Of a DNA stretch of 64,000 nucleotides, positions 39,660 to 50,028 are shown piece by piece. This DNA is from Acidobacteriota bacterium. GTDB lineage: Bacteria > Acidobacteriota > CAIWXX01. Under the pieces are notes generated by a model. That model was not told the DNA's origin. It ran no database searches and saw only the letters and a program-made list of their open reading frames with translations. The first letter of the stretch is position 1. The number at the start of each line of letters is the position of its first letter. The DNA is taken from the NCBI GenBank assembly GCA_040755995.1, contig JBFMAF010000041.1, positions 32,001 to 96,000 on the forward strand, in the 5' to 3' direction. The position numbers and the translations under genes are program-made.

Positions 39660-40436
39660 ATGTGGATTCTTCTTCTTATTCTCCTATTCGCCGGCATCTC
39701 CGGAGCGCAGACCGAAGTTCCTCCCGTGACCGCCCCAGATCCGATGGCGCAGGCGGACGCTCTGTATGAACAGAGAGCGAACATCGAAGCTCTCAAGCAG
39801 GCGATCAAGATCTACGAGGATATCTGTGCGAAGGAACCGACCAACTATGAATCGCGGTGGCGCCTGGCCCGCTGCATGTACGATCTCGGAAGCAAGACTT
39901 TGGACCGCAAGGCCAAGGCGGTCATCGCGCAGAAGGGCATCGATGTAGCGAAGAAGGCCGTCGAGCTGCAGCCGAAGAAAGCCGAAGGGCACTTCTGGCT
40001 GGGGGTCTGCTACGGTATCTTCGGTGAGGCCAAGGGCATCATGAAGAGCCTCGGTCTGGTGGGACCCATCAAGGACGAGATGAATATCGTCCTGAAGATC
40101 GACCCGAACTGTGAAGGAGGCGGCGCCGACCGCGTGCTGGGCCGCATGTACTACAGACTCCCCTGGATCGCTGGAGGAAGCAAGAAGAAGTCGCTCGAGT
40201 ACCTCCTCAAGTCCCTGCAGCTCGCCCCGGCAAACACCCTGACCAAGCTCTACCTCTGCGACACGTACTGGAGCCTCGGCCAGAAGGACAAGGCCAAGAA
40301 GGAGCTGGAGGAGATCCTGAGCGTCAAGCCCGACCCGCGCTGGATTCCGGAAACTCTGGATGACCAGAAGGAAGCCCGGCGCAGGCTCGACAACGTCGCA
40401 CGCGGGAAGAAGCCCAGCGAAGAGGAAGACGACTAG
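39660..40436 (+). CDS. secreted TPR protein (TRAP transporter TatT-like)
   Basis: signal peptide, AEGHFWLG, LGRMYYRLPWIAGGS; AAGGAG RBS. Confidence 0.75.
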   Translation: MWILLLILLFAGISGAQTEVPPVTAPDPMAQADALYEQRANIEALKQAIKIYEDICAKEPTNYESRWRLARCMYDLGSKTLDRKAKAVIAQKGIDVAKKAVELQPKKAEGHFWLGVCYGIFGEAKGIMKSLGLVGPIKDEMNIVLKIDPNCEGGGADRVLGRMYYRLPWIAGGSKKKSLEYLLKSLQLAPANTLTKLYLCDTYWSLGQKDKAKKELEEILSVKPDPRWIPETLDDQKEARRRLDNVARGKKPSEEEDD

Positions 40437-40493
40437 CGAGGCGCGGCCTCAGGCCGATGAATAATGCGAGGCTGCGTCGGCCGCGCCTCGCGT

Positions 40494-40528
40494 GGAGAGT
40501 AGAGAGTAGAGAGTAGAGAGTGGAGAGT
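40494..40528. repeat. tandem heptamer (RGAGAGT)5
   Basis: GGAGAGT AGAGAGT AGAGAGT AGAGAGT GGAGAGT between convergent genes. Confidence 0.9.
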
Positions 40529-40616
40529 GCCGGGAGTGCGCTGCTCCGAAAACCTGACTCATTGGCGGTATCTTCCTCGCATCGAGCCCGCCATGCGCCC
40601 ACGCATACCGCCTCGC

Positions 40617-41576
40617 TCAGTTGGGAGCGATTCGCCGGAAAGCGAGCTCGAGCTCGGCGGCGTTGCCCTTCTTGCCTGACAGCTTGATCCGTATGGAGTC
40701 GCTTTCGACCGCCCCGTTGGCGGCAGAACGCAACGCCTCGCGCCGGTACTCCTCCAGCACGAACCCTTTCTCGATCGACACGCCAGGCGTTGAAGTCGCG
40801 AAGCAGTGCAGCATCGACGGCGTGCCCGTCAGCTCGCAGTGGTACTGGACGAGGAGCGGGCCGGGCTCGGTGAATTCCACCTCAGATCGCACGGCCGGCA
40901 GAATCGTCACGCTGATCTCGCGCAAAGCGGGGGCCACAGGGAAACGGCGTTCGAAGGTGGACGAGCCGTGCTCGTCCGGGAACGGACTGTGATTGAAGAG
41001 TGCCAGGCTGGCACGCACCGCGTCGAAGAGCGGCATGGGGATGGGCTCCTTGGTGGGCCAGGGATAGTATGGCGAGAGGCGTGAGGTCGCCTCCCTGACC
41101 TCCCCGTCCGCGTACATGAAACTGATCTCGCCGGCCAGCTTCTCAGGAAGCAGGAACGGCAGAGCGTTCCGTTTCTGGGGGGCCACGTTGCGAGCCCAGT
41201 CCGGGAATCGCCGGGCCCAATCGTCGATGTGGGCGATTCCAGCGACCACACAGTCCCCGGGTCTTTCTCCGATGCTGTAAGCCCATACCTCCGTTGCCTT
41301 CCGCGTGCCGGTCATCAGTATGTAGTTCGGTCCGGCAGGGGCCGCAAGCAGCATCGACCGCTCGGCACCTTGCCTGCCGGCTACCAACATCACGACGTTG
41401 CTCTCGGCCAGTAGCATACCCTTGAAGGGGAAGAAGAAGTACTTTCGCCCCCCAACGGTGGCGGAAAGGGAGAGGTGCAAGGAGTACCGGTCGATGTGTA
41501 CAGGGCTCTCGTGCGGCGCCGCCTCGGCAATGACCGCGAGCGCTATCAAGAACGCCACGCCGTGGCGGCTCCTCAT
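40617..41576 (-). CDS. hypothetical secreted protein
   Basis: long ORF, signal-like MRSRHGVAFLIALAVIAEA; no family recognised. Confidence 0.6.
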   Translation of the reverse strand: MRSRHGVAFLIALAVIAEAAPHESPVHIDRYSLHLSLSATVGGRKYFFFPFKGMLLAESNVVMLVAGRQGAERSMLLAAPAGPNYILMTGTRKATEVWAYSIGERPGDCVVAGIAHIDDWARRFPDWARNVAPQKRNALPFLLPEKLAGEISFMYADGEVREATSRLSPYYPWPTKEPIPMPLFDAVRASLALFNHSPFPDEHGSSTFERRFPVAPALREISVTILPAVRSEVEFTEPGPLLVQYHCELTGTPSMLHCFATSTPGVSIEKGFVLEEYRREALRSAANGAVESDSIRIKLSGKKGNAAELELAFRRIAPN

Positions 41577-41711
41577 GTCGAGTATGCTAATCCAACGGGT
41601 CCGGGTGGCGCAACTATTCGTGGTCAGCGCCCCAGCGAGGCTTTGCCACGCGCCCGCGGGAACGACCACGCGATCGCTGAATGGCCCGGCCGTGGTATAA
41701 TGAGGCTACGG

Positions 41712-42473
41712 ATGATTAGAACTGTTCTGGTGGTCGCGATAACATTTCTATATATCTTCGTGACGGGGCCGCCGGTGCTGCTCGTCACGTATCTCACGAG
41801 ATCGACGCGACTGCTGTACATGGTAGGTCGAACAGGTATACGGATGGCACTGCGGCTCGGGGGCATGACGACGGAAGCGCATGGTAGAGAGAAAGTCGAC
41901 CCCAGCAAGGCGTGTGTGTACGTGGTGAATCACGAATCGATCATTGATCCCCTTCTCCTGTACGCGCACCTGCCCCACGACTGCGCCGGTCTCGGCAAGA
42001 AGGAGTTCTTCCGACTTCCGGTGCTCGGGTGGGCGTGCAGGATGGCGGGATTCGTCGTGGTGGACAGGCAGAATCCGGAGCAGCGCATGAAAGTGGCGCC
42101 GGAGGCGGTGAAGCGGATCAAGGAGCGAGGGAGGGCCTTTCTGGTTTTCGGAGAGGGCACGAGGAGCCGCGACGGGCGCCTGGGCGTGTTCAAGAAGGGG
42201 GCGGCGATCATCGCCATCCAGGCCCAGGTGAACATCGTGCCGGTCGCGGTCTACGGCGGGTTCGCGCTGTGGCCCAAGGGAAGGAAGTTTTTCAAACCCG
42301 GCCACCTGAGGATCTTCTTCCTCGACCCGATCTCGACCGCCGGAATGACGATCGACGATCGCGACCGGCTGACGGCTACTTGCCGCGAACGGATTGCTGA
42401 CTGCCTGAGAAGGATCGATCCGGACCTCGTCCCCGACGATGCTGCAGCGCTTGCTATGCCTCAGCCGTCATAG
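41712..42473 (+). CDS. plsC: 1-acyl-sn-glycerol-3-phosphate acyltransferase
   Basis: NHESIID, FGEGTRS, FKKG; TGGTATAAT 10 nt before ATG. Confidence 0.92.
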   Translation: MIRTVLVVAITFLYIFVTGPPVLLVTYLTRSTRLLYMVGRTGIRMALRLGGMTTEAHGREKVDPSKACVYVVNHESIIDPLLLYAHLPHDCAGLGKKEFFRLPVLGWACRMAGFVVVDRQNPEQRMKVAPEAVKRIKERGRAFLVFGEGTRSRDGRLGVFKKGAAIIAIQAQVNIVPVAVYGGFALWPKGRKFFKPGHLRIFFLDPISTAGMTIDDRDRLTATCRERIADCLRRIDPDLVPDDAAALAMPQPS

Positions 42474-42583
42474 CCCGTCGCGGGCAGGAGCGGGTCTCGC
42501 GTGTTCCGTTTGTCCGTCTCCCGTCTCTCCTCTTTCGTCTCACGTCTCCATGAGATGTCTCGTGGCTCCGAGGCGCAGCCTGG

Positions 42584-42844
42584 CTATCCCTTCTTCAGCT
42601 TCTCCACGAGGTCGACATACGCTTTCATGGCGTCCTCTTTGCCGGTTCCCTTGAGTTTGATCCAGGCGTCGTACTTTGCGCGGCCCTCCAGATCGAACAT
42701 CCCCGGGCGGCTGCCGCTCGCATCACCGACCGTGGACTGTTTGTAGAGCGCATACAGCCTGAGCAAGGTCTCGTTGTCAGGCCGCTTCGGCAGCGCCTTC
42801 ACGTCCTTCGCGGCCTTTTCGAATTTCGCCGGGAGCTGTGACAT
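42584..42844 (-). CDS. acyl-CoA-binding protein (ACBP)
   Basis: [12 protein letters not shown]...[14 protein letters not shown]. Confidence 0.93.
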   Translation of the reverse strand: MSQLPAKFEKAAKDVKALPKRPDNETLLRLYALYKQSTVGDASGSRPGMFDLEGRAKYDAWIKLKGTGKEDAMKAYVDLVEKLKKG

Positions 42845-43010
42845 ACAAATCCTCCCCGAGTCGGAAGTCACGACCTGTCCCACTGCGGATCTCGGCGCAG
42901 GCGTCACCATGGATGCAGAGACGAACGCGCGCCACATCCACGGCGGACGCGAGATCATTCGTGAGCGAGCTCACGCACGATCACGGCGGATCGGTGCAGG
43001 AGCGTCTGTG

Positions 43011-43694
43011 CTACGCCTGAGGCTTCATGGTGAGAATGATCCACTTCCCTCGGATCTGCCGACCGGTCGTCGGGTTGCGCATCTTGTACTGCCGGAGCGC
43101 CACGACATAGTCCTTCACGGCCTCCGTGTTGTCTTCCTGCTTGATCGTCAGCTTCACCACACAGTCCTTGGCGCGGAACTCGCCGTCCATCGTCTCGAGA
43201 TCAGCAAGCTCGCCCACCGACAGCGCGATCGTCTTGCGCTCCAGCGCCGTGGCGTTCTTTGCGTCGTTGTACTCCTTGGTGGCGGCCTTGACATTCTCCA
43301 CCAACAGGTCCCACTCGCTTTTCTTCGTTTCGACGGCCGACTGTGCGGATCCTTTGTCTTTCTTCTTGGCGGCCTTCAGCGCATCCTCCGCCGAGTCCTT
43401 CGCCTCTTTGGCCTCCCTCGCCTTGGTCTTGGCCTCTTCCATCTTCAACTTCAACTGCTCTTCCGCCTGCACGAGCGCCCTCAGTTGAGCCGTCCCCGCA
43501 GTCTCCTCCCCAACCGACACCATCTCCCATTTCACCACGTTGGGCGCACTCGGCTCGACTGCCATCGCAGCCATTGTGGTGTTGTCATGGAACTGGACGG
43601 CAGAAAAGTACCTCTTCAGTATCTGCGTCTCGGGACCCTGGCACGCGACCAGGAGAACGACGAATGGAATAAGGGTTGCAATGAAGCGCTTCAT
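43011..43694 (-). CDS. lipoprotein with central coiled coil
   Basis: lipobox LVAC; K/E/A-rich helical middle; AAGGAGG RBS. Confidence 0.75.
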   Translation of the reverse strand: MKRFIATLIPFVVLLVACQGPETQILKRYFSAVQFHDNTTMAAMAVEPSAPNVVKWEMVSVGEETAGTAQLRALVQAEEQLKLKMEEAKTKAREAKEAKDSAEDALKAAKKKDKGSAQSAVETKKSEWDLLVENVKAATKEYNDAKNATALERKTIALSVGELADLETMDGEFRAKDCVVKLTIKQEDNTEAVKDYVVALRQYKMRNPTTGRQIRGKWIILTMKPQA

Positions 43695-43972
43695 GGAATG
43701 AGCCTCCTTGAGCTTTTGTGTCTTTGTCCTTACTCTACGCATGGCAATCTTGGGTAGCCAGCGTCACGCCGCCATTGCCAGAGGCGGCGTGAGCGGCACA
43801 ACGGCCGCGTGGGCTTCCAGAGCTCCGCCAGTATATGTGAGTCCTGCCCAAATAGCAATCGGCGACTTGGATGGATGCACCCCGGAGACGACGCCGCGTA
43901 GACCAGGGCATGAGCCCTGGATTAGAATCAGAATCGATAGACTGAACCCACGCGGTATTGGAGGCGATCAGG

Positions 43973-44701
43973 ATGGCACTATCGAACGACGAGCTCCTTC
44001 GCTACCAGCGCCAGTTGACAATCGAAGGATGGGACCAGGACAAGGTCAAGCAGTCGCGAGTCATCGTTGTCGGACTCGGAGGAATCGGCGGCACCGCCGC
44101 GATGTATCTCGCCGCCGCCGGCGTGGGGACGCTCCGGCTGGTCGAGCACGACCGGGTCGACGTGACGAACCTCAACCGGCAGATACCCTATGATACGTCC
44201 GACGTCGGCCGCTTGAAGCTCGAATGCGCCGCAGGCCGCCTCGCTGCGCTCAATCCCCACGTCGCGATCGAGCCTGTTCAGGACGTGGTCACGATGGAGA
44301 ACGTGCGGTTGCTGGCCGCTGGATGCGATGTCATCGTAGACGGACTGGACAACCAGCCGGGGCGCGAGATTCTCAACGGCGCCGCACTCGCTCTGTCCAT
44401 CCCATACGTCTACGGCTCGGTGTGCGGATGGCGCGGGAGCGTCAGTGTGTTTCACCCGCCGCGAACGCCATGCATGGCCTGCTTGACGGCCGGAGCCCCG
44501 GGCAATACGCCGCCAGTGCCAGCCCTCGGCGCGGTTGCAGGACTCGTGGGCACGCTGCAGGCGGTCGCAGCCCTCACGTTTCTGAACTCCGGCGAGATCC
44601 CGCTCGCCGGGCGACTGCTGCTCCTCGATGCGCTGACGATGCAATTCGATTCGGTACTCTTCCAACGAAGCCCCTCCTGCCCAGTCTGCGGCTCCGGCTG
44701 A
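43973..44701 (+). CDS. HesA/MoeB/ThiF family adenylyltransferase
   Basis: RYQRQ, GLGGIG, NLNRQ, two CxxC motifs. Confidence 0.92.
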   Translation: MALSNDELLRYQRQLTIEGWDQDKVKQSRVIVVGLGGIGGTAAMYLAAAGVGTLRLVEHDRVDVTNLNRQIPYDTSDVGRLKLECAAGRLAALNPHVAIEPVQDVVTMENVRLLAAGCDVIVDGLDNQPGREILNGAALALSIPYVYGSVCGWRGSVSVFHPPRTPCMACLTAGAPGNTPPVPALGAVAGLVGTLQAVAALTFLNSGEIPLAGRLLLLDALTMQFDSVLFQRSPSCPVCGSG

Positions 44702-44848
44702 AGCAATCGGCGCGTTACCCTTCGCTGGCCGCTGTTCAGTGCGTCCTACGAGGACCCGCTACGCTGCCCACATCGAGCACCCGAGGCCGTCTTGGCCTCG
44801 CCTCGCATGGACAGTGGGGACTCGGGAAGGGGTATACCAGTGCGCTGC

Positions 44849-46804
44849 CTATCCCGGTACCCCGTGCTCGGCCAGCCGGCTTGCCGGCACTATGCCGTGC
44901 TCATCCCAGCCGTACTCTCTATAGTACGCGTCCAGGATCGCTCCGTAGAGCGCCTTGTCCACCCGCTTGCCCGCGTGCGCACCGCAAGTCAGCGGCTCGA
45001 CCAGCTTCGCGGGCACGTATGAGTCGTAGATGCGGTTGCGGCCCTGCAGGTTGTTGACGTGGCGCTCGACCGCATAAATCCGGCCGCCGCATTCCTTGAG
45101 CGAGTCCGGCGTGTACTCGAATCCGGTCAGAGCATGATACAGCGACAGGAAAAGGTCCGCGGTGACGTCCTCGGTGAAGAAGTCGCACAGGCCGAGCGAA
45201 TCCACCAGGGCCTTGCCCCGCTGGCCGGAGGCGACGTATGCAGCCAGGTTCTCGGCACCCTGGAGCCCACCTTCCTCCGCCTGGATCGTCCAGGCGTACG
45301 TGTGATCGCCGCGCCCACGGTTGGATGTGCCGTAGGCAGTGAACATCCCTGGGAAGACCTTCGGTTCGATCCCGGCGTACCCGAGGCCGCCGAATGACGT
45401 GGTCACGCAGCGTGCGATGTCGAGAATACTGGCCGACGGATTCGCCGCGCCCACCTCGGCGATGACGCGATCGGAGTGGCTGCCGAACAGGCGGCCCAGA
45501 GGTGTCGACTGGTATGCGATCTCGCGCAGCGTTCGAATCATGCTGTCCGGGTCCCCGAATCTCGGCGGATTGGCGTAGCCTCGCAGGTAGCCCTTCTCAG
45601 TGAGCTCCATCGCGCCAGACATCACGCTGCCCAGCGTCATGGTGTCCACACCAAGCTCGTTGCAGAGGTGGTTCAGATGAAATATTGCGTCGCGGTCGGT
45701 GATGCAGCAGTTGATCCAGAGCGCGATGGTCTCGAATTCGGGTCTAACGCCCTTGCCGGCGTATGGACCCTCATCTACCTTCGCGGACCTCGTGCACATG
45801 ATGTGGCGGCAGCGGTTGCAGACATGGTGTTGCCCGGAGATCTGCAGGAACGCGTTGGTCGACACTCTCGTGTAGTCCGACTCCGCGAAAGAGCCCTCGT
45901 CGAAGTTGTGCCATGGGAGGTACCCGCCCTGCTTTCCCAGGTACTTGCCGTTGAACGCCCGATCCAGCCACCAGGTCGTGCCCGTCTCCGGCCGGAACGA
46001 AGCAGTCCACGATGAGTCGCCGACGTGACTCTTGACCATGTCGTCCAGCTGCTTGCTCAGCCGCTGGAACCGGTCCGCATCGAAGAAGCCGACCGGTTGG
46101 TCGCCATAGGCAGTCACAGCGACGAGGTTCTTCGACCCGAAGACGGCTCCGGCGCCTCCGCGCCCGAAGTTCCTGTGGAGGTCAGCCGTCAGGCACGCAA
46201 AACTCACCTGGTTCCAGCCGCCGGGTCCAATGCACACGGTTGATGACTTGGGATACCTGGACGTCAAGTACTCCGTAATCGACGAGCACTCGCGCGCCGT
46301 GCGCCTCCCGCCGGCATCCTCGAAAAGCGCGTCCTCAGCATCCACGATCTCGACCCGGCCTCCTGCGACCACCAATCGCACCGGACGCTCTGACCTCCCG
46401 TCGATGATGAGATGATCCAGCCCTGCCCGTTTGAGTACGTTCGGGAATCGCCCTCCGCAGCTCGCATGAGTTATGAGGCCGTAGAGCGGCTGGTGATCCG
46501 GCACCCACGCAACCGGCTCGGGCGACCGCGTCATCGGGCTTATGAACGAGCATGATCCGCGGCCGGCCGTCGCGATCATGGTGTCGTTCGGAGCCGCCGA
46601 GCCGATGACGATGCGGTTCTGCGGTCCGAGCGGGTCCTTGATCGGCCCGACCTTTTGGATGTGATCGAGGATCAATCGAGCCTGAACGCCTCGGCCTCCG
46701 ACGTAGTCGCGACATAGCGATGCATCGGCCGCCTCGATGCTGACCGTCCGATTCGTGAGATCGATGAGCGCCAACTTTCCCCGGTAGCCGCCTGTGGTTG
46801 CCAT
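44849..46804 (-). CDS. aldehyde:ferredoxin oxidoreductase (tungstopterin AOR family)
   Basis: YVGGRG, GRGGAGAVFGSKNL, CNRCRHIMC, PEFET, CNELGVDT, DSLGLC. Confidence 0.92.
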   Translation of the reverse strand: MATTGGYRGKLALIDLTNRTVSIEAADASLCRDYVGGRGVQARLILDHIQKVGPIKDPLGPQNRIVIGSAAPNDTMIATAGRGSCSFISPMTRSPEPVAWVPDHQPLYGLITHASCGGRFPNVLKRAGLDHLIIDGRSERPVRLVVAGGRVEIVDAEDALFEDAGGRRTARECSSITEYLTSRYPKSSTVCIGPGGWNQVSFACLTADLHRNFGRGGAGAVFGSKNLVAVTAYGDQPVGFFDADRFQRLSKQLDDMVKSHVGDSSWTASFRPETGTTWWLDRAFNGKYLGKQGGYLPWHNFDEGSFAESDYTRVSTNAFLQISGQHHVCNRCRHIMCTRSAKVDEGPYAGKGVRPEFETIALWINCCITDRDAIFHLNHLCNELGVDTMTLGSVMSGAMELTEKGYLRGYANPPRFGDPDSMIRTLREIAYQSTPLGRLFGSHSDRVIAEVGAANPSASILDIARCVTTSFGGLGYAGIEPKVFPGMFTAYGTSNRGRGDHTYAWTIQAEEGGLQGAENLAAYVASGQRGKALVDSLGLCDFFTEDVTADLFLSLYHALTGFEYTPDSLKECGGRIYAVERHVNNLQGRNRIYDSYVPAKLVEPLTCGAHAGKRVDKALYGAILDAYYREYGWDEHGIVPASRLAEHGVPG

Positions 46805-46852
46805 CAGGAATCCTCCGTGAAGAGAAGCACCGACTCCGATTCGACTCTGGGA

Positions 46853-47878
46853 CTAGCGGAGCGAACGATTGATGTCCAGGAGATCCGCCAGGATCGCAAA
46901 CCCGGTTTCTCTGCGACCCGCGCCGGCTCCGACCACAGTCACCTCGCCCAACAGATCTGTTGCGAACTGCACAGCATTGGTCGCGCCGGAGGCGGAGGTA
47001 AGGGGGTTCGACGCCGGCAGCGCCTCGGGCGCTACCGATCCCACCACTCGATCGCCGTCCCGGCGCAGCCGGCCGATCAGCTTCCACCGCTTGCCCTCGG
47101 AGGCTGCGCGCTTGATGTCGTCTGTGGTTATGCCGGTGATCCCCTTCCTCTGTATCTCTTCCTTCTTCAGCTTGCCTTCCATGAACACGTTGGCGAGGAT
47201 GAGCACCTTGCCCATGGTGTCGAACCCTTCGACATCGCCGGTCGGGTCGGCTTCGGCGTAGCCCAGCTCCTGCGCCTTCTTCAGCGCATCCGCGTACGAA
47301 CCTCCTCGTTCCATCTCCGTCAGGATGAAATTGGTCGTGCCGTTCAGTATCCCACGGATCTCGGAGATCTGGCACCCCTCCAGGTTCTTCATCCCGAAAG
47401 AGAGTAGGGGAGTACCGGACATCACGGTCCCCTCGAAGCGGAACTGCAGGTTCCTGGCGACGGCCAGGTCCCTGAGCTCGGAGTAGTGGAGCGCCAGCGG
47501 CCCCTTGTTGGTGGTCACGACGTGCTTGCCTGTTTCGAACGCCGCCTTGATGTAGCCGGTGGCTGGCTCGCCGGTCTTCAGATCCGTGTAGGTCGCTTCG
47601 GCGACCACCGTTGCGTTGCTGTCTCGGATTACGGCGAGCGCATCGCCGCCCTTTGCACCGCCGGGATAGCTGTCCAGCTTCCCTCCGGGGAGCGCTGCCA
47701 GTATCTGCGGATCGAGCCCTTTCGGGTCCAGCAACGTTCCTTTGAGCATGTCCGAGATAGCCACGATGTCGCACTCGAACCCGTGGTCCCGAACGAGTGC
47801 CTGCCTCTTCTCAGCAAGTATGGACACCAACCCCTGCCCGACATTTCCGAACCCAATCAGTGCCAAGCGATGTTTCAT
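46853..47878 (-). CDS. hom: homoserine dehydrogenase (short form, no ACT domain)
   Basis: IGFGNVG, VVTTNKGP, GILNGTTNFIL, LGYAEADPTGDVEGFD, GAGAG. Confidence 0.95.
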   Translation of the reverse strand: MKHRLALIGFGNVGQGLVSILAEKRQALVRDHGFECDIVAISDMLKGTLLDPKGLDPQILAALPGGKLDSYPGGAKGGDALAVIRDSNATVVAEATYTDLKTGEPATGYIKAAFETGKHVVTTNKGPLALHYSELRDLAVARNLQFRFEGTVMSGTPLLSFGMKNLEGCQISEIRGILNGTTNFILTEMERGGSYADALKKAQELGYAEADPTGDVEGFDTMGKVLILANVFMEGKLKKEEIQRKGITGITTDDIKRAASEGKRWKLIGRLRRDGDRVVGSVAPEALPASNPLTSASGATNAVQFATDLLGEVTVVGAGAGRRETGFAILADLLDINRSLR

Positions 47879-48068
47879 ATCCTCTCCTTGATCTGTTCGA
47901 AGTTGCCTCCGAGTCGCCCGGTCGAGCGACATCGAGAGTGGAAGTCTACCATCGCTGCACATCGCTGGCAACGCGATCGCGATCTCAATGCAGCGGGCAG
48001 GCTGATCCGGTCGATAACGTTAAGGCCGGATGCCCGGCCGCGCCAGGCCGCACTTGTACAGATGATCC

Positions 48069-48332
48069 CTACTTGCGGGTCTGCATCTGGTTTTCGATCA
48101 TGGTCATGGCCTGCTGGATGCGGAGTATCTTGCGATTGCGCTGCTGCTGGGCCAAGACGTCGTCGGCCGGCGGTTGCGACGCGCGCGTGTCGCGGACGTT
48201 CTTCTCGAGCTCGAATCGCAGCTGCTGCATCTCCGGGACGGTCAATTTCCTCATCAGGGTGGGATTCAAAAGAATGTAGCCCTCGCTGATGTCACGGGCC
48301 ATGGCGTAGGCGCTTCCTCCGAGAAAGCTCAA
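48069..48332 (-). CDS. small helical hypothetical protein
   Basis: GAGGAGG RBS before TTG; 87 aa. Confidence 0.65.
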   Translation of the reverse strand: MSFLGGSAYAMARDISEGYILLNPTLMRKLTVPEMQQLRFELEKNVRDTRASQPPADDVLAQQQRNRKILRIQQAMTMIENQMQTRK

Positions 48333-48391
48333 TTGTACCTCCTCAGTTGTAAGGCATCAGAGAACATTCTGTATCATAGATGGGAGTGACT

Positions 48392-49774
48392 TCAACGGGC
48401 AGAGGGTGCTCGTTCGCCCGCGCGGCGGAATAGTGCGTATGCGGGGAGACCCGCAAGGATTATGCCGATGCCTATGAGAGATTCCCAAGGGGTCTCGACG
48501 AGGGTGTTGATCAGCAGCCAGACGCAGAGCAGAAGGAAAGCAGCGGGGACAAACGGGTAGCCCCAGACGCGGTATCCGTCGGATCGCATGCCGCGGTGCC
48601 TGAACAGGAACAGGGCCGCGACGCTCAGGCCGTAAAAGACCCACAGCGCGAAGATGGCGAACGTGAAGAGCTGCTCGTATGTGCCGCTGAGCGCCAACAG
48701 GGCGGACCAGACGCCCTGGGCCAGCAGTGAGAAGGATGGCGTGCCGAACCTGGGATGGATACGCACCATGCTCCGCGGAAAAAGCCCGTCCTCGGCCTGG
48801 GCCTGGTACACGCGGGCTCCGGCGAGAATCATTCCGTTCACGCAGCCGAACGACGAGAGTATGATGGCTGCGGCCACCAGGTCGGCACCCCATGCACCAA
48901 GCACCGGCTGCACGGCTTCGGCCGCCACTCGTTCTGATGCCGCGATACGGGCTGGTTCAAGCATACGCAGGTACGCGAGATTCATCAGGATGTAGATCAG
49001 GACTACGGCTCCAGTACCGAGCACCAGCGCTAGCGGGATGTTGCGGCGTGGATTCTTCGTCTCGGCCGAGATGAACGTCACGTTGTTCCATCCATCGAGA
49101 GCCCACAGGGCCGCAACCAGAGCCACGCCGAAGCAACCCCAGTAACTCGCTCCTGCCGGGCTCTGGCCGCCCGACATCAATTCAGACACCGGCCTCTGCC
49201 CCGCTACGACCGCCAGTGCCACAATGGCGATGCACGCCGCGGCCTTCAGGACCGTGAAGATATTCTGAGTGGCCGAGCCGTATTTCAGACCGAGGTAGTT
49301 GACGACACTCAGGAACAGCACGAGCAAGGCGGCACAGAGCTGGGTTCCCGAGATGACAACATGGACCGGGACCGAGAGCTCGATCACGGTGAAACCAAGG
49401 GGAATGAACTGCCCCAGGTATGTAGCGAAGCCGACAGCGACGGCCGCGATGGATCCGGACTGGGCGGCCAGAAAGAGGCTCCATCCGTAGAGAAACGCGC
49501 AGAGAGGGCCGTAGGCCTCCCGCAGGTAGACGTACTGACCTCCCGCGTTGGGAAAGATCGCGCCGAGCTCGCCGTAGGACAGCGCGCCGAAGAGGCTGAG
49601 CGCGCCGGCAGCGAGCCAAACAGCGAGCAACGATTCCGGAGTGCCCATGGTCTTGAGGATATTCGACGGGACGAGGAAGATGCCCGAGCCGATCACGATG
49701 CCGACCACAATCGAGATCGCATCCCAGAGCGAGAGGCGCTTGGGTCCGGAGGCGATCGCTTCGGTCGGTCCCAT
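48392..49774 (-). CDS. APC family amino acid permease
   Basis: IGSGIF, ELGAIFPNAGGQY, many transmembrane segments. Confidence 0.93.
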   Translation of the reverse strand: MGPTEAIASGPKRLSLWDAISIVVGIVIGSGIFLVPSNILKTMGTPESLLAVWLAAGALSLFGALSYGELGAIFPNAGGQYVYLREAYGPLCAFLYGWSLFLAAQSGSIAAVAVGFATYLGQFIPLGFTVIELSVPVHVVISGTQLCAALLVLFLSVVNYLGLKYGSATQNIFTVLKAAACIAIVALAVVAGQRPVSELMSGGQSPAGASYWGCFGVALVAALWALDGWNNVTFISAETKNPRRNIPLALVLGTGAVVLIYILMNLAYLRMLEPARIAASERVAAEAVQPVLGAWGADLVAAAIILSSFGCVNGMILAGARVYQAQAEDGLFPRSMVRIHPRFGTPSFSLLAQGVWSALLALSGTYEQLFTFAIFALWVFYGLSVAALFLFRHRGMRSDGYRVWGYPFVPAAFLLLCVWLLINTLVETPWESLIGIGIILAGLPAYALFRRAGERAPSAR

Positions 49775-50028
49775 CGTGGGGCCGATTCTACACATCGCCT
49801 ATCAACTCCACAAGTGTGCGTCAGATCCAGGATGCGCCCACGGTTTGTGGGGTTGGTGGCTGAGGAGGTTATCCGACCCTGGGGCTCATAGTTGGCCTAT
49901 TTTTCCGCAGATTGGTGTCCGTGCGCGTTACCGGTTTGCCACCTTCGGGAGGGCGAACGCTTACGGCCTCTCGCCTGCGTGCGTACGGGCGATCGGCCGG
50001 CCGCTCTGAGGCTCCGCCTCGCCGGGGC

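Noticed and set aside
40494..40528. Short repeats as a CRISPR array
   Set aside because: Units are 6-8 nt with no spacers, and no cas genes are present
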